NCBI GenBank assembly: GCA_977017645.1
Contig: OZ360219.1
Location: forward strand, 170,562,001 to 170,626,000
DNA: 64,000 bases
Reading direction: 5' to 3'
DNA from: Torpedo marmorata
Taxonomy: Eukaryota
Shown here: positions 60,447 to 64,000 of the stretch, piece after piece
How the letters are laid out: every line of letters begins with the position of its first letter
Numbering within the stretch: the stretch's first letter is position 1
Notes under the pieces: model-generated
Database searches by the model: none
What the model was told of the DNA's origin: nothing
What the model saw: the letters and a program-made list of their open reading frames with translations, nothing else
Made by a program: the position numbers and the translations under genes

Positions 60447-61352
60447 TCTTTTTTTTTTTAAAGATATTTTTTATTAAAGCAAAATAGCCAAATTTTCCAT
60501 AAACAGATACACATATAAAAAAACAGACAGAAAAACAAACAAACAAAACAAACCACTCCTCCCACCACCCCCCCCCCCCACCCACAACCCTGGTATGGTA
60601 GAAATTTCTCCCTCGTTCACAATTGAAAAATATCAAAAATAAAATTCGATCAAGTAAGGTATGAGGTCCTAATGTATATTAATAAAGTATATATTACTAT
60701 AGCAGATAATAGGGGCACAGGAGGACAGTTATCCATGCTAATTCAGTAGCCGAGGAGGTGTAATGATGGTAATAAGGCCAAAAAAGAGCCCCATATTTTT
60801 TTCATATGTTGCTGGTTTCCTCCTCACACTAAACAAGATCTTCTCAGGTGTACTATAGGATGTTAACTCGTTTAACCATTGCCTCTGTGAAGGAGGAAGT
60901 TCAGATTTCCAGTTTTGTAGGATACACTTTTTCCCAGCTGTGGCTGCAAGTAATATAAAGTATTTTTTTATTGTGGTTCACATTAAGACCTTGTAGATCT
61001 CCCAAAATACAGACCCTAGGGTCAAATGAAATTTTGTTTTTTTTATAATATTTGAGGTTATTCTAACAATATAGTTCCAAAAGTCTTCCAGATAAGAGCA
61101 ATTCCAAAGCATATGAAGTAAATCTCCGTCACAGGTTTTACATCTCTGACAATTGGGAGGGGTGTTATAATATATTTTATGCAGTCTCTATGTGGAGTGT
61201 AATAGGTCCTGTTAAAGATATTAAACTGTATTTGTCTATGTTTAGTTGAAATTAATACAGTTTGAGACATTTCAAGGATATTACACCAATCGGCATCATT
61301 ACAATTGCATTCAAGTTCTGATTCCAAAAAGATTATTCTTTTTATTCTTTTA
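60447..61352 (-). mobile_element. L1-clade LINE 3' fragment (different family) with poly(A)
   Basis: Poly(T) at 60447, AATAAA, QIQFNIFNRTYYTP and zinc-knuckle remnants. Confidence 0.85.
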
Positions 61353-64000
61353 GACATGATTCATACTCCAGGATAGATTTATTTTTATTGTCTTCTCAAG
61401 TTCAAGATAGAATAACGCAAGCATCCTATAAAGCGAGAATAATTTCTGATCATTCACCTTTATTAATATCTTGTATAATTCCGGAAAAAGAAAAAACTGT
61501 ATATAGCTGGAGATTTAATTCATCTTTATTAAAAAGGAAAGATTTTTGTGAATATATTAGAAGGGAAATTCAGGAGTTTTTGCAAATAAATTCTAATTCT
61601 ACTGATAATAAATTTATTATTTGGGAAGCTTTAAAAGCTTATTTAAGAGGTCAAATAATAGGTTATTCAGTAAAAATTAAGAAAGATTATCTTAAGGAAG
61701 TAGAAAAACTTGAGAAGGAGATTGAATGTTTGGAAAAAGATTTACAAAAAAACAGATCAATTCAAAAAAGAAACCATTTAATAGGGAAGAAATTACATTA
61801 TAATTTATTACAAACATATAAAATGGAAAAAATTAATTGAAAGAACTAAACAAAGATATTGTGAATTAGGGGAAAGAGCTCATAAAGTTTTGGCATGGCA
61901 ATTAAAAAAAGATCAAATTTCTAGATCTATAAATGCTATTAAAAAAAATTCTGGAGAGATAACTTATAAACCTCAAGAAATAAATGATTATTTTAAAGAT
62001 TATTATTTGAATTTATATAAATCTCAGATTGATCAAGATGATTCTAAAATTATTAGATTTCTATCTAAAATTACATTACCTAAACTGAATACTCAAAGTA
62101 GAGAATCTTTAGATTTAACTTTTACAATGAGGGAAGTTAATAAAGTTCTTTCTTCATTAAAGAGTGGTAAATCTCCAGGTGAAGATGGGTTTCCATCAGA
62201 ATTTTATAAGGAGTTTAAAGATTTATTAATACCTCCATATATGGAAGTATTGAATCAAATTACGGAAACTCATTCATTACCGGATACTTTTTTAAATGCA
62301 ATAATTACAGTTATACCAAAGAAGGATAAAGATATATTGAAAACTGAATCTTATAGACCTATTTCATTATTAAATGTAGATTATAAGATAATGGCAAAAA
62401 TTTTAGCAAATAGAATGGCTAATTATTTACCAGATTTAATTCATGTAGATCAAGCTGGTTTTATTAAAAATAGATATTCAAAAGATAATATAGCTAGATT
62501 GATTAGCTTAATTAATTTACATAAAAAGAAGGAAGATTTACCATTAGTTTTAACATTAGACGCTGAAAAGGCTTTTGATAGAGTAGAATGGAATTTTTTA
62601 TTTAACGTATTGGAGAAATTTGGCTTTGGAAATACATTTATTAACTGGATTAAAACTATATATAAAGAACCATCGGCTAAAGTAGTTACAAATGGACAAA
62701 TTTCTCTAAAATTTCTTTTGACTCGATCTACTAGACAGGGATGTCCTTTGTCACCAGCATTATTTATTTTGGCGATAGAACCTGTGGCTGAATTAGTTAG
62801 AAAAGATCCTAAAATAGTTGGTATTAAAGTTGGAATGGAAGAACATAAAATCAGTTTGTTTGCAGATGATGTATTGATATATATGACAAAATCTATTACA
62901 TCTTTAGTACAATTGTCTATTCTACTGAGAGAATATGGGGAAATATCTGGATATAAAATTAATTCTGATAAAAGTGAAATTATGGCATTATCACAAGGGG
63001 ATTATAGTCGATGTAAAGAAATTACACAATTTAAATGGGCAAAGGAAGGAATTAAATATTTGGGAGTAAGGGTTGATACAAAATTGGCTAATTTATATAA
63101 ATTAAATTACCTACCATTATTTGTGAAAATAAAGAAAGATTTAGAAAATTGGAAAGATTTACCTATAACTTTAATGGGAAGAGTAAACTGTATTAAAATG
63201 AATATTTTTCCAAGAATTCAATATCTTTTTCAATCAATTCCTTATGGAATTCCTCAAAAATTTTTTAAAGATTTAAATTCAATTATTAGGAAATTTTTAT
63301 GGAAAGGAAAGTTAGCAAGAGTTGGTATGGAAAAATTAACTTGGAATTATGAAATGGGTGGCTTACAACTTCCTAATTTTCAAAATTATTATAAAGCAGC
63401 TCAATTAAAATTTGTCAATGAATTTTTTGATTCAGCTAAATCTCCTGCTTGGATTAAAATAGAATTAAATAATATAGGTGATGACTCCAAAGAAGAAATT
63501 ATTTATAAATGAGATTCTAAATTAATATCAACAAGAAAGAAAAATTTGCCTATTTTTAAACATTTGTTAGAAATATGGAACAAGACAGATAAGGAAATAG
63601 GTGGAAAAGGATTGATTTCTTCAAGGATGCCTTTATATCAAAATGGACTTATTCCATTTACTGTTAAAAATCAACTATTTAAAATTTGGTTTCAAAAAGG
63701 TATTAAAAAGATTAAAGATTGTTTTGAAGCTGGGAAATTTATTACTTTTCAAAGAATGAAAGATAAATTTAATATATTAGATAATACACTTTTTGCTTAT
63801 TATCAAATTAGAGCTTTTTTGATTGAGAAATTAGGTTATGCTTTGATTTTACCAAGACAAAATGAATTAGAATTATTAGTTACTAATGGAGATGTTAATA
63901 AATTTATTTCTCAAATGTATAAATTGTTTCAGAGGAAATTGCATAAAATAGGATTACATAAATCAAGATTAAAATGGGAATTAGATTTGAATGTAAGAAT
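61353..64000 (+). mobile_element. L1-clade LINE ORF2 (APE endonuclease end + reverse transcriptase), nearly intact, runs off the window
   Basis: HDSYSRIDLF...ISDHSP (APE), KSPGEDGFP, YRPISLLNVDYKI, LDAEKAFDRV, RQGCPLSP, LFADD. One frameshift at about 61835 and an in-frame TGA at 63510, after which the frame stays open. Confidence 0.95.

Noticed and set aside
60447-64000. Twin-priming inversion of a single L1
   Set aside because: The geometry fits, but the homologous region differs between the halves (LESELECNC versus WELDLNVR), pointing to two families. Sequence beyond the window would settle it.

Overview
Vertebrate genomic DNA, very probably an elasmobranch (shark/ray). This is inferred from HE1-type V-SINEs and the mix of CR1, Rex1/Babar, Penelope and L1 elements. 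The window has one host gene: the CpG-island promoter/leader and the large first coding exon of protocadherin-7 (PCDH7; ATG 9408 to splice donor after 12524; signal peptide, 7 cadherin repeats, TM, cytoplasmic part), followed by about 51 kb of intron. Most of the rest is nested transposon debris: L1, CR1, L2, RTE and Rex1/Babar LINE fragments, Penelope-like elements, five TA-flanked Tc1/mariner MITEs, tRNA-derived V-SINEs and a 5S rRNA-derived SINE. The most notable observations are (1) minimal hammerhead-ribozyme motifs in the Penelope ends with compensatory base changes between copies, (2) a 5S-rRNA SINE and a GC-rich non-autonomous element that share a Rex1-like 3' tail and lie tail-to-tail, (3) repeated antisense insertions at Rex1-type tails, (4) a candidate alternative PCDH7 terminal exon ending VFG-stop, (5) a uORF-dense leader, and (6) a GC-rich, faster-diverging 5' part of the PCDH7 exon with a poly-Q insertion. 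Repeat boundaries without a stated TSD or TIR are approximate. All family assignments and comparisons with human PCDH7 come from recall, not from database searches.
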